Positions 1 through 10,196 of a stretch of 64,000 nucleotides of DNA are shown piece by piece. The notes beneath the pieces are model-generated. The model saw only the letters and a list, made by a program, of their open reading frames with translations. It did not search any database and was not told where the DNA came from. The stretch is from an uncultured Thermoplasmata archaeon. Its GTDB lineage: Archaea; Thermoplasmatota; Thermoplasmata; UBA10834. The DNA lies in NCBI GenBank assembly GCA_963705355.1, contig OY970070.1, positions 686,818 to 750,817 of the forward strand, given 5' to 3'. Every line of letters begins with the position of its first letter. Positions within the stretch are counted from its first letter, which is position 1. The position numbers were made by a program, and so were the translations under genes.

Positions 1-1
1 C

Positions 2-1663
2 AGGAAATCGTCCGAGGCATCTTCCGAGGTGACGAAGACCCGCATATGGGACACCCTTGAGAAGTTCAAGGGAAGACTGGAGAAGTCCGCGGCCGAGGGT
101 CTCAATTTCGGGATGGCCGAATCATGCGTCGCGGATGGCATCAGGGCATTCAAAGAGGGAAGGTATCAGGATTCACTTAAGCTCGCCATGAAATGCGAGA
201 TAGAGATGGAAAGGGCTGAGCTTCAGCGGGATATCAGCGCGAGGTCCGTGGAACTCGCCCGAAAGAAGCTGATGGATGCTTCTGCAGAGGGCATCAAGAG
301 CCAGCGGGTAAGCGACCTCGTCGAGAAGGCGGAAGCACTCCTCAGGCATGGCAGGTACGTGGACGCGATGACCTCGGCCATAGAGAGCGGGGACGAGCTC
401 TATCTCATAAGGGAGAAACTTGACAGCGGCAGAATCGAGTTGAGCGCGAGCAGAGAGCGCGTCGAGAGACTCAAGAAAATAGGAATAGACACTTCCGAGT
501 GCGACGAGATTCTGGACATCGCGCAGGAACACCTGTCGGCACACGAGTTCGCCAAATCAAGTGACGCATTGAGAAGGGCCTCCTCGAGGGCTGAATCGCT
601 CTTCGAGAACTCGCTCAAGGACGTGATGGACCAGAACCGCCAGGTGATTGCCAAAGCCAAGGCAATGGGCATCAACACGAAGTCCTCAGAGGACTTGCTC
701 GATGTGGCGAACACTTCGTTCCAGGAGAAACTGTGGGACTTCGCGTTCCAGCAAGCGATGGCGTGCAGGGACAGCTGCCTGCAGCTGATTTCCAAGAAGC
801 TTTCGAGCTTGATCGAAGAGATACAGACGAAGACGGACAGCTTGAGGCGCTTCGGGGCTGCCGTCAAACCCATAGAGGACATGGTCGACATCGCGCAGGC
901 TGCTGAAGGAAAGGGAGACATTGCGAAGGCGTTCCAGACGCTCATGGATGCCGACCAGAAGATCAGCAGCCTTGAGGACGCACACAAGAAGTACCTGGAC
1001 ATATCGATAGCAGCTGAGAGCGCCATGGAGAACCTCGGAAGGTATGGGTTCTCCAAGAGAGAACCGGAAAGACTGATAGCGATGGCGGAGATTGAGAAGG
1101 AGAAGGATTACGACTCCGCAATCGAGCTCGTCGCAGAGGCGCTTGACACCGCGAAGGAACTCATGGAAACGTATTCGCCTGAGATCGCCGGCTCGATATC
1201 CGGCGTCGGACTCCAGGAAGGCGCCCAGAGCGAGCTGACGGTCAAGCTCACGAACACCGGCAAGGCGCTGGCGAAGGATGTGTCACTCGAAGTCCAGGGA
1301 GACTTCGATGTCAAGACCGCGCAAGGTGTCGCGTCATTGAAGCCCAATGCAGAAGCCACAGTGATAATCAACCTCGTTCCAAGGCGCAGCGGAAGCGTCC
1401 CCGTCCGGGTCAAGATCACCAGCAAGAGGCAGCTCGACGGGAGGATGCAGACATTCGAAACAGAGGACATGGTCAACGTCTTCGCCGCGGGGCCTCCGTT
1501 CAAGCTCGGCAGGGCCACAGACACCACGAGGTGCATCTCCTGCCAGGGTAGGATCAAGCCCGGCTTCGACATAGTCACATGCAGGTGCGGAGGCCAGATG
1601 CACTTTTCGTGCGCCAAGAGGACCAACCAGTGCCCGGTTTGCGGTCAGAAGTACCAGTTCTAG
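2..1663 (+). CDS. helical-repeat protein with beta-rich (CARDB-like) segment and C-terminal Cys-rich zinc ribbon; probably 5'-truncated by the window edge
   Basis: Frame is open from base 2 with no upstream stop; first in-window start is GTG at 29. Repeated alpha-helical units, a beta-rich segment (ELTVKLTNTGKALAKDVSLEVQGDFDV), and C-terminal CISCQG...CRCGG...CPVCG motif. Confidence 0.45.
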   Translation, partial: RKSSEASSEVTKTRIWDTLEKFKGRLEKSAAEGLNFGMAESCVADGIRAFKEGRYQDSLKLAMKCEIEMERAELQRDISARSVELARKKLMDASAEGIKSQRVSDLVEKAEALLRHGRYVDAMTSAIESGDELYLIREKLDSGRIELSASRERVERLKKIGIDTSECDEILDIAQEHLSAHEFAKSSDALRRASSRAESLFENSLKDVMDQNRQVIAKAKAMGINTKSSEDLLDVANTSFQEKLWDFAFQQAMACRDSCLQLISKKLSSLIEEIQTKTDSLRRFGAAVKPIEDMVDIAQAAEGKGDIAKAFQTLMDADQKISSLEDAHKKYLDISIAAESAMENLGRYGFSKREPERLIAMAEIEKEKDYDSAIELVAEALDTAKELMETYSPEIAGSISGVGLQEGAQSELTVKLTNTGKALAKDVSLEVQGDFDVKTAQGVASLKPNAEATVIINLVPRRSGSVPVRVKITSKRQLDGRMQTFETEDMVNVFAAGPPFKLGRATDTTRCISCQGRIKPGFDIVTCRCGGQMHFSCAKRTNQCPVCGQKYQF

Positions 1664-3012
1664 CTTGATCCGCCTATCTTGGCTTTCGAGATCCTCAAAG
1701 CAGGTGTGATCACCCCGAATGCTTCCCGTGGCTCCTTACCGGTCATATCGACTCGCTTGAGGAGATCGATCAAACCGATGCCCATGGTGGCTTGCCGAAC
1801 AGATGGGCCCAAGCCTCCGCGATCGATCTTGTAGCTTTCCATCATCAGACCCGAGAACTCGCCCGTCGCGAGGTTGGGGTAATCGTACGTGAGCCTGAGA
1901 TAGACGCCGCCCTTCGTTTCTCTGATCATCTCATCCAGCGAGGAGTCACCTTTCTTGACGACCAGATTGGAGCTGGAGATGGATGGCGGTCGCCTATAGC
2001 TCCAGATGGTCCCCCCTCGAGAGGAGTTCCCCGTGCTGGACACCGAGTCCTTCCCCGCGGTGTAGCTGTCATGGAGGTACGATTTCAGAACCCCATTCTC
2101 GACTATCGGAGTGAGCCGCGACGGCGTTCCCTCTCCGTCGAAGGAATAGCTACCAGTCGCCCATTCTATTCTGGGGTCATCGGAGACGGTGAGAGAACGA
2201 GCAGCCACCTCCGACCCCAGCTTCCCTGCCAGATAGCTTCTCTTGCGCTGAATGCTTTCGGCGTTCACTCCTCCACCTATTGCCATCGAGAAAATGAATC
2301 CGACCGCAAGTGGGTCGATCACCACTGGGTAGTCTCCAGTCAGTATCTTTGTCTGAGTGAGCCCCATGATCGCGTGATCAGCGGAGCTTCGACCGACCTT
2401 CGCAATCATAGCCCTGTCGAGTCTCCTGCTCGACCCGGCGTCGAAGCCCGAGAACATCGCAGATCCTGATTTCGCGACAGACTCGACGCTCATCTCGCAG
2501 AATGTCAGCCTCTGGGAGGAGTTGAGGCCATTGCTGTTGGCGAGCACGAACTTGCATTCACCCACAGCGATGCTTGCGTTCACCGAAGTGATCTTCTTTT
2601 CGCCTCCAGCAGTCTCTGAGAGCTCTATGGCCATCTCGACTATGTCATCAGGCTCGAGCTTCGCAATGCGCGCATCGAAGAGACCATTGACTTTCGATGG
2701 CCTGGCGGACTCGGGAAGGCTCTTGAAGTCTGGATCGGGAGTTCCCGCCTTGGCGAGAGAGACCGCAAGCTTCGCCGCCTTCTTGATCGCGGAAGGATCG
2801 TAGCCGGTGCAGGACGAGAAACCCGAACATCCCGCCCTGAACACTCTGATTGCCACTCCCGGATCGAGGACATTGCTCGATTGTTTCATGGACCCTTTCT
2901 CGATTTCGGCGGAGGAGTACCACGAGTCCGTGATGAGCACATCACAGCAAGACGGACCGAGCTTCATCACATGCTCGACCGTTCTCTCCGCGAGCTTGTT
3001 CATATCCACCAT
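1660..3012 (-). CDS. pmbA: PmbA/TldE-type metallopeptidase (peptidase U62 family)
   Basis: 450-aa ORF with PmbA/TldD-family layout; directly adjacent to a TldD-like gene, the usual pairing. Confidence 0.75.
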   Translation of the reverse strand: MVDMNKLAERTVEHVMKLGPSCCDVLITDSWYSSAEIEKGSMKQSSNVLDPGVAIRVFRAGCSGFSSCTGYDPSAIKKAAKLAVSLAKAGTPDPDFKSLPESARPSKVNGLFDARIAKLEPDDIVEMAIELSETAGGEKKITSVNASIAVGECKFVLANSNGLNSSQRLTFCEMSVESVAKSGSAMFSGFDAGSSRRLDRAMIAKVGRSSADHAIMGLTQTKILTGDYPVVIDPLAVGFIFSMAIGGGVNAESIQRKRSYLAGKLGSEVAARSLTVSDDPRIEWATGSYSFDGEGTPSRLTPIVENGVLKSYLHDSYTAGKDSVSSTGNSSRGGTIWSYRRPPSISSSNLVVKKGDSSLDEMIRETKGGVYLRLTYDYPNLATGEFSGLMMESYKIDRGGLGPSVRQATMGIGLIDLLKRVDMTGKEPREAFGVITPALRISKAKIGGSS

Positions 3013-3024
3013 GCCCCGTCCCTC

Positions 3025-4440
3025 CTATGCGAGTCCTCCGACGACCATGTCGGCCACGCACATGTGCGGCCCGCCGTCTGTCGTCCTGGCCGACTGGCCG
3101 CCCTTGCCGCAGTAGCCGGGATCTCCCAGGCTGAAGTCGTCGCCGATACCTTGCACCTTGTTGAGGACCTCCAGTATTAATCCTGAGAGAGATGCGTCCC
3201 TGTACCTTTGCCCTATCTCACCGTTCCTGATCTCGTGGGCCTCGTCGCATTTGAACATGAATTGGCCCTTCGAAGGCTCGACATAGCCGTACTGATTGCC
3301 CTGGATCAGGAGGCCGTGCTTCAGCTCTTCGATTAGTTCGTCTCTTTTCCAGTCGCCTGGACCGATGTACGTGTTGCTCATACGTATGATCGGCGGGCTG
3401 TTGAACGCCTGGGATCTTGACGAACCGTTTGGCCGAACGCCCATCCGGCTGCTCGACTCGAGGCTGTGCAGGTACTCATTCAGCACGCCCTTCTTAATGA
3501 GAACATGCTTCTTCGCAGTAACTCCCTCCCAATCCAGCGAGAAGTAACCGAACGTGCTCTTGATCGTGGGATCGTCGATGAGGCTGACCCTCTCGTCGGC
3601 AACTTTCTTGCCGAGCCGTCCCTCGAGCACTGATGCGCCAGCCAGGATCGCGTCCGCCTCGCACGCATGTCCGAAAGCCTCGTGAGCCAGCATGCCGGTC
3701 ATCTTGTTGTCCAGTACGACAGTGAATTTGCCAGCAGGTGCGGGCTTCGACTCAAGAAGACGCAACGCCTGGGAAGTCGCATCGTTCCCGAGACGTGCGG
3801 CCTCCTCGGTGTTCATCAACTCGTAGCCGCCCACGCTGCCCACGGCTGCATGACCACGTTGAAGGACGCCTTCTGATGTCGCGTATGCGGAGCACGCTGC
3901 CAAGACCCATCTCTCCTTTGTCTTCGCCAGGGTCCCGAACGAATTCGCAACTATCCGGTCGACCTCGAGATCGTCATATCTTGAATTCGTGCTCGTGATC
4001 CTCTGGTCGAACTCGCGCATGGCCTTGTCCTGTCCGAGTGCAAACCTCAGCTTCTCTTCGACGGGAACGTCGGTCGGCTTCTGCCTGCATTTGTACTCCT
4101 CTGACCTTCCGACTGCAGCAGAGTCGGCAATTTCGAACGAATGCTTCGCCTTTGACTTGGCGACCTTGGCCATCTTGACAGCAGAGGACGCCGCAGACTT
4201 CGTGGAGGAGGCTGAGAGAACGTTAGTGGATGCGAATCCCCACGCCCCCCCAATGAACGCTCGGACACCACAGCCAGAGTCATGCTGCGCGATGAGAATC
4301 CTAGTCTTTCCATCCATTATCACGACGTTCGTGCCTGTGGAATGCTCAAGCCTGAGATCGGCAAACTCTGCTCCGAGCTTGAGCATCTGATTGATGGTCT
4401 TCCTAGCGATATCTTCCAAGGATAACCCTCCTGATGTCAT
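3025..4440 (-). CDS. tldD: TldD-type metallopeptidase
   Basis: 471-aa ORF containing HEAFGHACEAD (HExxxH zinc-binding motif typical of TldD). Confidence 0.8.
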   Translation of the reverse strand: MTSGGLSLEDIARKTINQMLKLGAEFADLRLEHSTGTNVVIMDGKTRILIAQHDSGCGVRAFIGGAWGFASTNVLSASSTKSAASSAVKMAKVAKSKAKHSFEIADSAAVGRSEEYKCRQKPTDVPVEEKLRFALGQDKAMREFDQRITSTNSRYDDLEVDRIVANSFGTLAKTKERWVLAACSAYATSEGVLQRGHAAVGSVGGYELMNTEEAARLGNDATSQALRLLESKPAPAGKFTVVLDNKMTGMLAHEAFGHACEADAILAGASVLEGRLGKKVADERVSLIDDPTIKSTFGYFSLDWEGVTAKKHVLIKKGVLNEYLHSLESSSRMGVRPNGSSRSQAFNSPPIIRMSNTYIGPGDWKRDELIEELKHGLLIQGNQYGYVEPSKGQFMFKCDEAHEIRNGEIGQRYRDASLSGLILEVLNKVQGIGDDFSLGDPGYCGKGGQSARTTDGGPHMCVADMVVGGLA

Positions 4441-4476
4441 TCCAGATTGCAGTGCACTGGTTCAAACCATCTCCTT

Positions 4477-6024
4477 TCAGGTTCGCTGGAATCCGCAGGC
4501 GCCTTCCGCGGCATCAACAAAAACCCCAGCGGAAATCATCAGCGCGACCTTCTCGATCTCCGCTCCAAGGGATCTGTCCTCCTCGAGCGCAGGGACCTCC
4601 TTCCGAAGCACGGCTTTGACTTTCTCGATCCCTGGACTCGAGCTCAGGTGGATGAAGTCAAGGCCCTGCGCGGCGGCAATCATCTCGATGGCGACCACTC
4701 GCCCGCAATTCTCGACTATCTGACGGGCTTTCCAGGCCGCAATCGTGCCCATGCTGTTGTGATCCTCCTGGTTTGCGCTTGTCGGGATCGAATCGGCAGA
4801 TGCAGGATGCACGAGCACCTTGTTCTCAGACACGATGGAAGCCGCAACATACTGGGGCACCATGAGCCCTGACCCGACTCCTCCATGCCTTGTCAGGAAC
4901 GCTGGGAGACCGCTGAGCTTCTCGTCGACAAGGCGTGCGGTTCTTCTTTCGGAGAAACTGCCCAGACCGTGAGCCGCCAGGCCCAGGAAATCCATGGCCA
5001 GAGCCACAGGCTGCCCGTGGAAATTGCCTCCTGAGATGACCATTCGATCCTCTGGGAAGAACAGAGGATTGTCAGTCGCTGAGTTCATCTCGACATCCAG
5101 AACGTCCTCCGCGTACCAGATGGCCTCCAAGCTCGCTCCGATGACCTGGGGGATGCACCGAAGGGTGTAGGCGTCCTGGATCTTGGGGCAGTCATGGTGA
5201 GAGACCATGATCTCACTCCCTTGGAGAAGCGAGAGCATGTTCCGAGAAACACGCAGCTGACCCTTGTGGGGCCTGACTTTGGAGATCCTCATGTCAAAGG
5301 CTGACGATGTTCCCTTGAGCGCTTCCAAAGACATAGCCGCAGCCAGCTGAGCGTTGTCAGCGAGTGTGGCTGCATCATTGACCGAAAGGACCCCTATCGC
5401 TCCCATGGCCTGCGTCCCGTTGATTATCGAAATGGCCTCTTTAGGCTCCAGAGAGAGCGGGGAGATCTTCTTCCTCCTGAGCGCCCGACCTCCTGGCTCT
5501 AAGCCATTTCCAGCATCAGCCTCCCCTTCGCCGATCATCACAAGACCGAGGTGAGCGAGCATCACGAGATCCCCGCTGGCGCCAACCGAGCCCTGGCGGG
5601 GGACGCTCGGGTGGACGCCCTTGTTAAGCATTTTGATCAGCATTTCGACGAGCTCTGGCCTCACTCCTGAATAGCCCTTGGCAAGCGCGTTCGCCCTCAG
5701 AAGCATCATCGCCCTGACTATCTCGGCAGGATAGCGCTCGCCGACCCCGCATGCGTGGCTTCTGAGAAGGTTCACCTGAAGATGCTTGAGTTCCTCAGGT
5801 GGAATCCTGACATCGACCAGCTCCCCGACGCCGGTGTTGACGGCATATATGGTCCTGCCGTCCTCGACAAGCTTCTCCAGTTCCTTGCGCGAGGTCTGCA
5901 TCCGATCGCCGGCGTTCGTGGCCAACTCGACCTTGGCACGTTCCCGGGCTACGCGAACGACCTGCTCGATGGTGAGGCTGTTGCCGTCGATTCTGACACG
6001 TTCTAGGAGTATGTCTTCTGTCAT
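4477..6024 (-). CDS. hutH: histidine ammonia-lyase-like MIO-dependent lyase
   Basis: 515-aa ORF with GSVGASGDL (Ala-Ser-Gly MIO-forming triad) and overall HAL/PAL family layout. Confidence 0.75.
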   Translation of the reverse strand: MTEDILLERVRIDGNSLTIEQVVRVARERAKVELATNAGDRMQTSRKELEKLVEDGRTIYAVNTGVGELVDVRIPPEELKHLQVNLLRSHACGVGERYPAEIVRAMMLLRANALAKGYSGVRPELVEMLIKMLNKGVHPSVPRQGSVGASGDLVMLAHLGLVMIGEGEADAGNGLEPGGRALRRKKISPLSLEPKEAISIINGTQAMGAIGVLSVNDAATLADNAQLAAAMSLEALKGTSSAFDMRISKVRPHKGQLRVSRNMLSLLQGSEIMVSHHDCPKIQDAYTLRCIPQVIGASLEAIWYAEDVLDVEMNSATDNPLFFPEDRMVISGGNFHGQPVALAMDFLGLAAHGLGSFSERRTARLVDEKLSGLPAFLTRHGGVGSGLMVPQYVAASIVSENKVLVHPASADSIPTSANQEDHNSMGTIAAWKARQIVENCGRVVAIEMIAAAQGLDFIHLSSSPGIEKVKAVLRKEVPALEEDRSLGAEIEKVALMISAGVFVDAAEGACGFQRT

Positions 6025-6087
6025 CGCAGGACCGTCAATGCCTAAGAAGCGTATGAGCCTGACGATATCTCAAACTACTGGGAACAC

Positions 6088-6504
6088 TCAGGGGCCTTTC
6101 TCTTTCACTGGGACGAACTTGTAGCCGTAGTGAATGATTCCTGATGGCCCCTCCTCGCTCAGCTTCCGCAGCGTGACCCTCACGGGAGTCCCGATCTGGA
6201 GATCACACGCGTCGCAGTCGATCACCTGGCCGGTCACCTTGACGCCATCGTCCAGCTCCACCATGGCGATGACATACGGCTTCTGCATGGGAAGCTCCTC
6301 GAGCCCCTCCTGCACTTCGGTCAGTGAGAATATCTTGCCCTCGCCCTTCAGTTTGACCGTTTCGATCTTGCCGACGCTCTTCCTGTGGCAGACCGGACAG
6401 ATGGCCCTTGGCGGGAAGAAATGGCGTCCGCAGCTATTGCACTTCATTCCCACCAGGTTGTACCTGCTCGGGTTCTCTCTCCAGAATCTCGGTGCGGTGG
6501 CCAT
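6088..6504 (-). CDS. DUF35-type Zn-ribbon/OB-fold protein (thiolase/HMG-CoA synthase partner)
   Basis: CxxC...CxxC zinc ribbon (CNSCGRHFFPPRAICPVCH) followed by OB-like region; internal ATG (MATAPRFW) sits right after the thiolase stop. Confidence 0.7.
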   Translation of the reverse strand: MATAPRFWRENPSRYNLVGMKCNSCGRHFFPPRAICPVCHRKSVGKIETVKLKGEGKIFSLTEVQEGLEELPMQKPYVIAMVELDDGVKVTGQVIDCDACDLQIGTPVRVTLRKLSEEGPSGIIHYGYKFVPVKEKGP

Positions 6505-6505
6505 C

Positions 6506-7678
6506 TCAAGCCCTCCTAAACAAGTGCACGACGACCGTCGCACCAGTTCCGCCCACGTTGTGCGTCAGCCCTACAACCGCATCCTTGACCTGCCTCTTGT
6601 CCGCCTTGCCCCTCAGCTGGGCGACTATCTCGACCGCCTGCGCCAGGCCCGTCGCGCCAATCGGATCCCCGCGGGCCTTGAGCCCACCGGAGGTGTTCAC
6701 CGCGATCTCAGCGCTCAGAGCTGTCAGGCCTGCCTCTGTCGCCTTTCCGCCCTCGCCTTTCTTGAAGAACCCGAGGTCCTCGATCGCGAGTATCTCGCTT
6801 ATGGTGAAGTTGTCATGCACTTCCGCGACGTCGACATCCTTCTGGGTCAGCTTGGCCATTTCAAACGCGCGCCTGGCCGCAACCTTCGTCGCTTCCATCG
6901 TGCATATGTCCTTCCTGTCATGCAACGAGAGAGAATCGCTCGCTTGGCCAGAGCCCACGATCTCGATCGGGATTTCGGTGTACTTCTTCGCGCTGTCCAA
7001 CGGACAGAGGACAACCGCAGCCGCACCATCCGAGCTTGGAGCGCAGTCGAAGACCCTCAGTGGCGATGACACGAGCGGAGATGACATGACCGTCTCCCTG
7101 GTTATCTCCCTCTGGAACTGGGCCTTCGGGTTCAGAGAACCGTTCTTGTGGTTCTTCACCGCGACATCTGCCAGCTGCTCCCGCGTGGTCCCATATTCGT
7201 GCATGTGCCGTTTTGCAATCAGCGCGTGAAGGGCAGGAAAGGTGGCTCCCAGGACGGTCTCCCACTCCTGATCCACTGCAGACGATTGTATGACCGCAGA
7301 CTCGACATCGCTGACGTCGGTCATCTTCTCTGCGCCTCCGACCACGACGATGTCGTGAAGGCCAGATGCGACCGCAAGGAACCCTTGCCTAAGGGCAAGG
7401 CCGCCAGAAGCGCCCGCGGCCTCGACCCTGGTCGCGGGGATGTGATCTCGGGCAAGACCCGAGTAGTCCGCAATCAGGGCACCAATATGCTCCTGCTCGA
7501 TGAAGCGACCAGCGGACATGTTGCCCACATAAAGGGCGTCGATCTTGTCCGCCGTGATGTTCGCATCAGCGACCGCCGTGAGTCCGGCTTGGATCCCTAG
7601 ATCCCTGAAAGAGTAATCCCACAGCTCGCCAAACTCAGTATCGCCCACGCCTATTATCGCCACGCGCCTCATGGTCAC
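6506..7678 (-). CDS. acetyl-CoA C-acetyltransferase (archaeal thiolase)
   Basis: 390-aa thiolase-like ORF (N-terminus [15 protein letters not shown]); 4-nt overlap with the HMG-CoA synthase gene. Confidence 0.85.
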   Translation of the reverse strand: MTMRRVAIIGVGDTEFGELWDYSFRDLGIQAGLTAVADANITADKIDALYVGNMSAGRFIEQEHIGALIADYSGLARDHIPATRVEAAGASGGLALRQGFLAVASGLHDIVVVGGAEKMTDVSDVESAVIQSSAVDQEWETVLGATFPALHALIAKRHMHEYGTTREQLADVAVKNHKNGSLNPKAQFQREITRETVMSSPLVSSPLRVFDCAPSSDGAAAVVLCPLDSAKKYTEIPIEIVGSGQASDSLSLHDRKDICTMEATKVAARRAFEMAKLTQKDVDVAEVHDNFTISEILAIEDLGFFKKGEGGKATEAGLTALSAEIAVNTSGGLKARGDPIGATGLAQAVEIVAQLRGKADKRQVKDAVVGLTHNVGGTGATVVVHLFRRA

Positions 7679-8745
7679 TCACTCCCCAGGGTGATCTTGC
7701 CCCTGAACTTCGCGTATGTGGCATAGTCCAGGAACTTGAGGTTCGAGTTCAACTCGATGACTGTAGGGGCTTTGTGCTTGGGGTATCGTTCGATTTCATC
7801 CGTAACGCTTATGTCAAATGCGTCCGACCCAGCTCCCGAACCATAAGCGACAGCGAATATCCTGTCCCCCGCCTTCGCCTCATCGAGGATCGCAGCCAGT
7901 CCAAGCGGAACTGAGGCAGAGTAAGTGTTGCCGATGATTGGCGCGAGCAGGCCCGTCTTTATCTGCGGATCCGTGAAGCCAAGCTGCTTGGCCACCCTTG
8001 TAGGGAACTTGCCGTTCGGCTGGTGGAACACCGCATAAGTGTAGTCCTTCGCTGTCGACCCTGTTCGCTCCATCAGACCCTTTGCGCCGCTGACGATGTG
8101 ATGGAAATAAGCTGGCTCTCCGGTGAACCTTCCGCCGTGCCGAGGATACATCTGTCCTTCTCTCCTCCAGAAATCAGGCGTGTCAGTCGTGTACGAATAA
8201 GTGCGGTCAATCGTCGCGATCATCTTCTCGGAACCAATCAGAAACGCTGCCCCGCCCGCCGATGCCGAGTACTCAAGAGCGTCGCCGGGCGCACCCTGCG
8301 ATGTGTCCGCTCCGATCGCGACGCCGTACTTCACCATGCCCGAACCGACGAGTCCCATGCATGTCTGGATCGCAGCCGTGCCCGCCTTGCAGGCAAATTC
8401 GTAATCGGCAACGGTCAGATGTGGAGATGCCTCGATGGCCTCAGCGACGATCGTTCCTGATGGTTTGACGGCGTACGGGTGAGATTCCGAGCCTACATAG
8501 AGAGCTCCGATGTCCTGGGGGTTCACGTCACATCGCTTCATCATGTTCCTGGCGGCCTCGACAGCGATAGTGATGGTATCCTCATCGGGCGACGGCACGG
8601 ACTTGCAGTTGATCATCAGTCCCTTGCTCATGGACTTGCCGTCGACTCCCCAGACTTTCCCGATCTCCTCTGGCGTAATCCTGTAGCGTGGCACATAGGC
8701 TCCGTAGCTGACGATTCCGACTTTCATACAGACATCACCTACCAC
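7675..8745 (-). CDS. hydroxymethylglutaryl-CoA synthase (archaeal type)
   Basis: 356-aa ORF with archaeal HMGS-like N-terminus ([16 protein letters not shown]) in operon with thiolase and DUF35. Start may be GTG at 8745 or ATG at 8727. Confidence 0.85.
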   Translation of the reverse strand: MVGDVCMKVGIVSYGAYVPRYRITPEEIGKVWGVDGKSMSKGLMINCKSVPSPDEDTITIAVEAARNMMKRCDVNPQDIGALYVGSESHPYAVKPSGTIVAEAIEASPHLTVADYEFACKAGTAAIQTCMGLVGSGMVKYGVAIGADTSQGAPGDALEYSASAGGAAFLIGSEKMIATIDRTYSYTTDTPDFWRREGQMYPRHGGRFTGEPAYFHHIVSGAKGLMERTGSTAKDYTYAVFHQPNGKFPTRVAKQLGFTDPQIKTGLLAPIIGNTYSASVPLGLAAILDEAKAGDRIFAVAYGSGAGSDAFDISVTDEIERYPKHKAPTVIELNSNLKFLDYATYAKFRGKITLGSE

Positions 8746-9429
8746 TCATCCAAGCGATTGGAGTTCCTCGACCAGATCGCCGATTGCGAGCTGGGTTCGC
8801 ACGAGCGGAATGCCTTCGAGCTCCGCCAGGCGGATTGCGAGCTCGTCGACCTGCTCTGGTTTCTGATAGACGACCATGGCGGGCTTCAGCGGATGGGCCC
8901 TGATAGCTATCATCGGCGATCTCCCGAACCTGACTCCCGTGAAGACGAGAGCTCTCTGGCTGCTCCACCCGTATATCTTGAGATAATCGAAGGAACTCAA
9001 CGAGGTTATGGCCCTCACGCTGTCGAGCACGGTGTACCCACAGATGTGTTTATCAAGCGATATGGCAGGCGTCAGATTCTCCCCTTCAATCTTGTCAACG
9101 AGGTCGGACGCCAAGATCTCGACCGCAAATTCCTTGATCGAGATGATCGAGTCGGTCTTTGCTGCGAGGGAGTATTGCTTGAGGATGGTTCCCCCTGTCT
9201 TCTCATCGATGTCGAGGAACGCGTCGACGATCTTCCTGACAGTCACAATCCCCGGAGACTTCCTTCGGCCCGCTTCGTAGTCGCTGATGACAGAAGGCGA
9301 GACGCCGAGGTGCTTTGAGAGCTCCTGCTGAGAGATGTCGAACTGCTCTCTCCACTTCCTGATCGTCTTGCCGGGCTCCTCCGAGAGACATATCTCTCCC
9401 GCGATCTTCTCTCTTACTTGGTCCCGCAT
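8746..9429 (-). CDS. XRE-type HTH transcriptional regulator with C-terminal domain of unknown function
   Basis: N-terminal HTH (ISQQELSKHLGVSPSVISDYEAGRRKSP); its stop abuts the HMGS start, making it first gene of the operon. Confidence 0.6.
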   Translation of the reverse strand: MRDQVREKIAGEICLSEEPGKTIRKWREQFDISQQELSKHLGVSPSVISDYEAGRRKSPGIVTVRKIVDAFLDIDEKTGGTILKQYSLAAKTDSIISIKEFAVEILASDLVDKIEGENLTPAISLDKHICGYTVLDSVRAITSLSSFDYLKIYGWSSQRALVFTGVRFGRSPMIAIRAHPLKPAMVVYQKPEQVDELAIRLAELEGIPLVRTQLAIGDLVEELQSLG

Positions 9430-9451
9430 GAGGAAAGGAGAAGAATGTCGA

Positions 9452-9459
9452 TATTTATA
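9452..9459 (-). promoter_or_regulatory. TATA box (TATAAATA on minus strand) for the HTH-HMGS-thiolase-DUF35 operon; implies a leaderless mRNA
   Basis: AT-rich octamer centred about 27 nt upstream of the ATG at 9429 in an otherwise GC-rich region. Confidence 0.45.
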
Positions 9460-9674
9460 GTTTGCCGTATCTGATTATCGGCAAAAGACGATTGCATCTG
9501 GCTTGAGGAATTGGCGCTCGGTTCGATATGAAATGGCAGAGGCGACACGAGCAGCCCAACGACCTCTTTACACTTCAAACCTAACGGCATGAGCATCGAC
9601 TCTGACAACACACATTGGGCTACATCAGGAATAAATAACACAGCCCTTCTATCCCTGAATCGCCCGAGCACGAT

Positions 9675-9748
9675 GGGGTAGTGGTCTAGCTTGGTATGAT
9701 CCGTGGTTCGGGACCACGTGACCGTCGGTTCAAATCCGACCTACCCCA
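9675..9748 (+). tRNA. tRNA-Pro (anticodon CGG)
   Basis: Hand-folded cloverleaf: acceptor GGGGTAG/CTACCCC, anticodon stem CGTGG/CCACG with loop TTCGGGA, T-arm GTCGG-TTCAAAT-CCGAC, discriminator A; CCA not encoded. Confidence 0.8.
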
Positions 9749-9791
9749 CTGATTCTTCTTCCGAATGATGTCGGTCGCTTTGACAAACACG

Positions 9792-9798
9792 TATTTAT
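9792..9798 (+). promoter_or_regulatory. TATA-like box (TATTTAT) upstream of tRNA-Gly
   Basis: AT-rich heptamer centred about 29 nt upstream of the tRNA 5' end. Confidence 0.35.
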
Positions 9799-9823
9799 CA
9801 AGGAAGGTGATTCCCAACATCGA

Positions 9824-9934
9824 GCAGGTGTAATCTAGCTGGTTAGGATTTTGGCCTTCCAACTCTTCAAGAAATATGATAAAATTGGAGAGGGACGAAA
9901 GCCAACGGCCCGGGTTCAAATCCCGGCACCTGCA
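9824..9934 (+). tRNA. tRNA-Gly (anticodon TCC) with an approx. 38-nt anticodon-loop intron
   Basis: Acceptor GCAGGTG/CACCTGC, D-arm ATCT...GGAT, anticodon stem TTGGC (9851-9855) pairing with GCCAA (9901-9905) across a 38-nt insert after loop position 37; T-arm CCGGG-TTCAAAT-CCCGG. Confidence 0.7.
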
Positions 9935-9986
9935 CTTTCGTTCCGTTGAGTTTCAGTTCAGCCCCGCTCGCAATTCTGCAATCGGT

Positions 9987-10187
9987 CTAAGCCTCGTCCT
10001 CGTTCTCTCCGAGCACAGGGTGGTGCGCCAAGGCGTACATCTCGTCGAACTGCTTCGACTCCGCCAGTGCAAGTTGCTGGACGAAGCAGTGCGGGTGGAA
10101 ACCAACAACCTTCTCTCTCGAGCAGCTGTTGGTGTATTCCTCGTCTTCCGTCATTCTCTGTGGCTTCAGTCTCCTCAGTCGAAACAT
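9987..10187 (-). CDS. hypothetical small protein
   Basis: ATG at 10187 preceded by GGTG (Shine-Dalgarno-like) about 6 nt upstream; follows the TAG stop of the upstream small ORF in the same frame. Confidence 0.25.
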   Translation of the reverse strand: MFRLRRLKPQRMTEDEEYTNSCSREKVVGFHPHCFVQQLALAESKQFDEMYALAHHPVLGENEDEA

Positions 10188-10196
10188 TTCAAACAC

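Noticed and set aside
400-1626. Several minus-strand ORFs (400-1056, 1108-1626) inside the first gene
   Set aside because: Overlap a longer plus-strand ORF with coherent helical repeats and a zinc ribbon; Ser/Leu/Ala-rich shadow frames.
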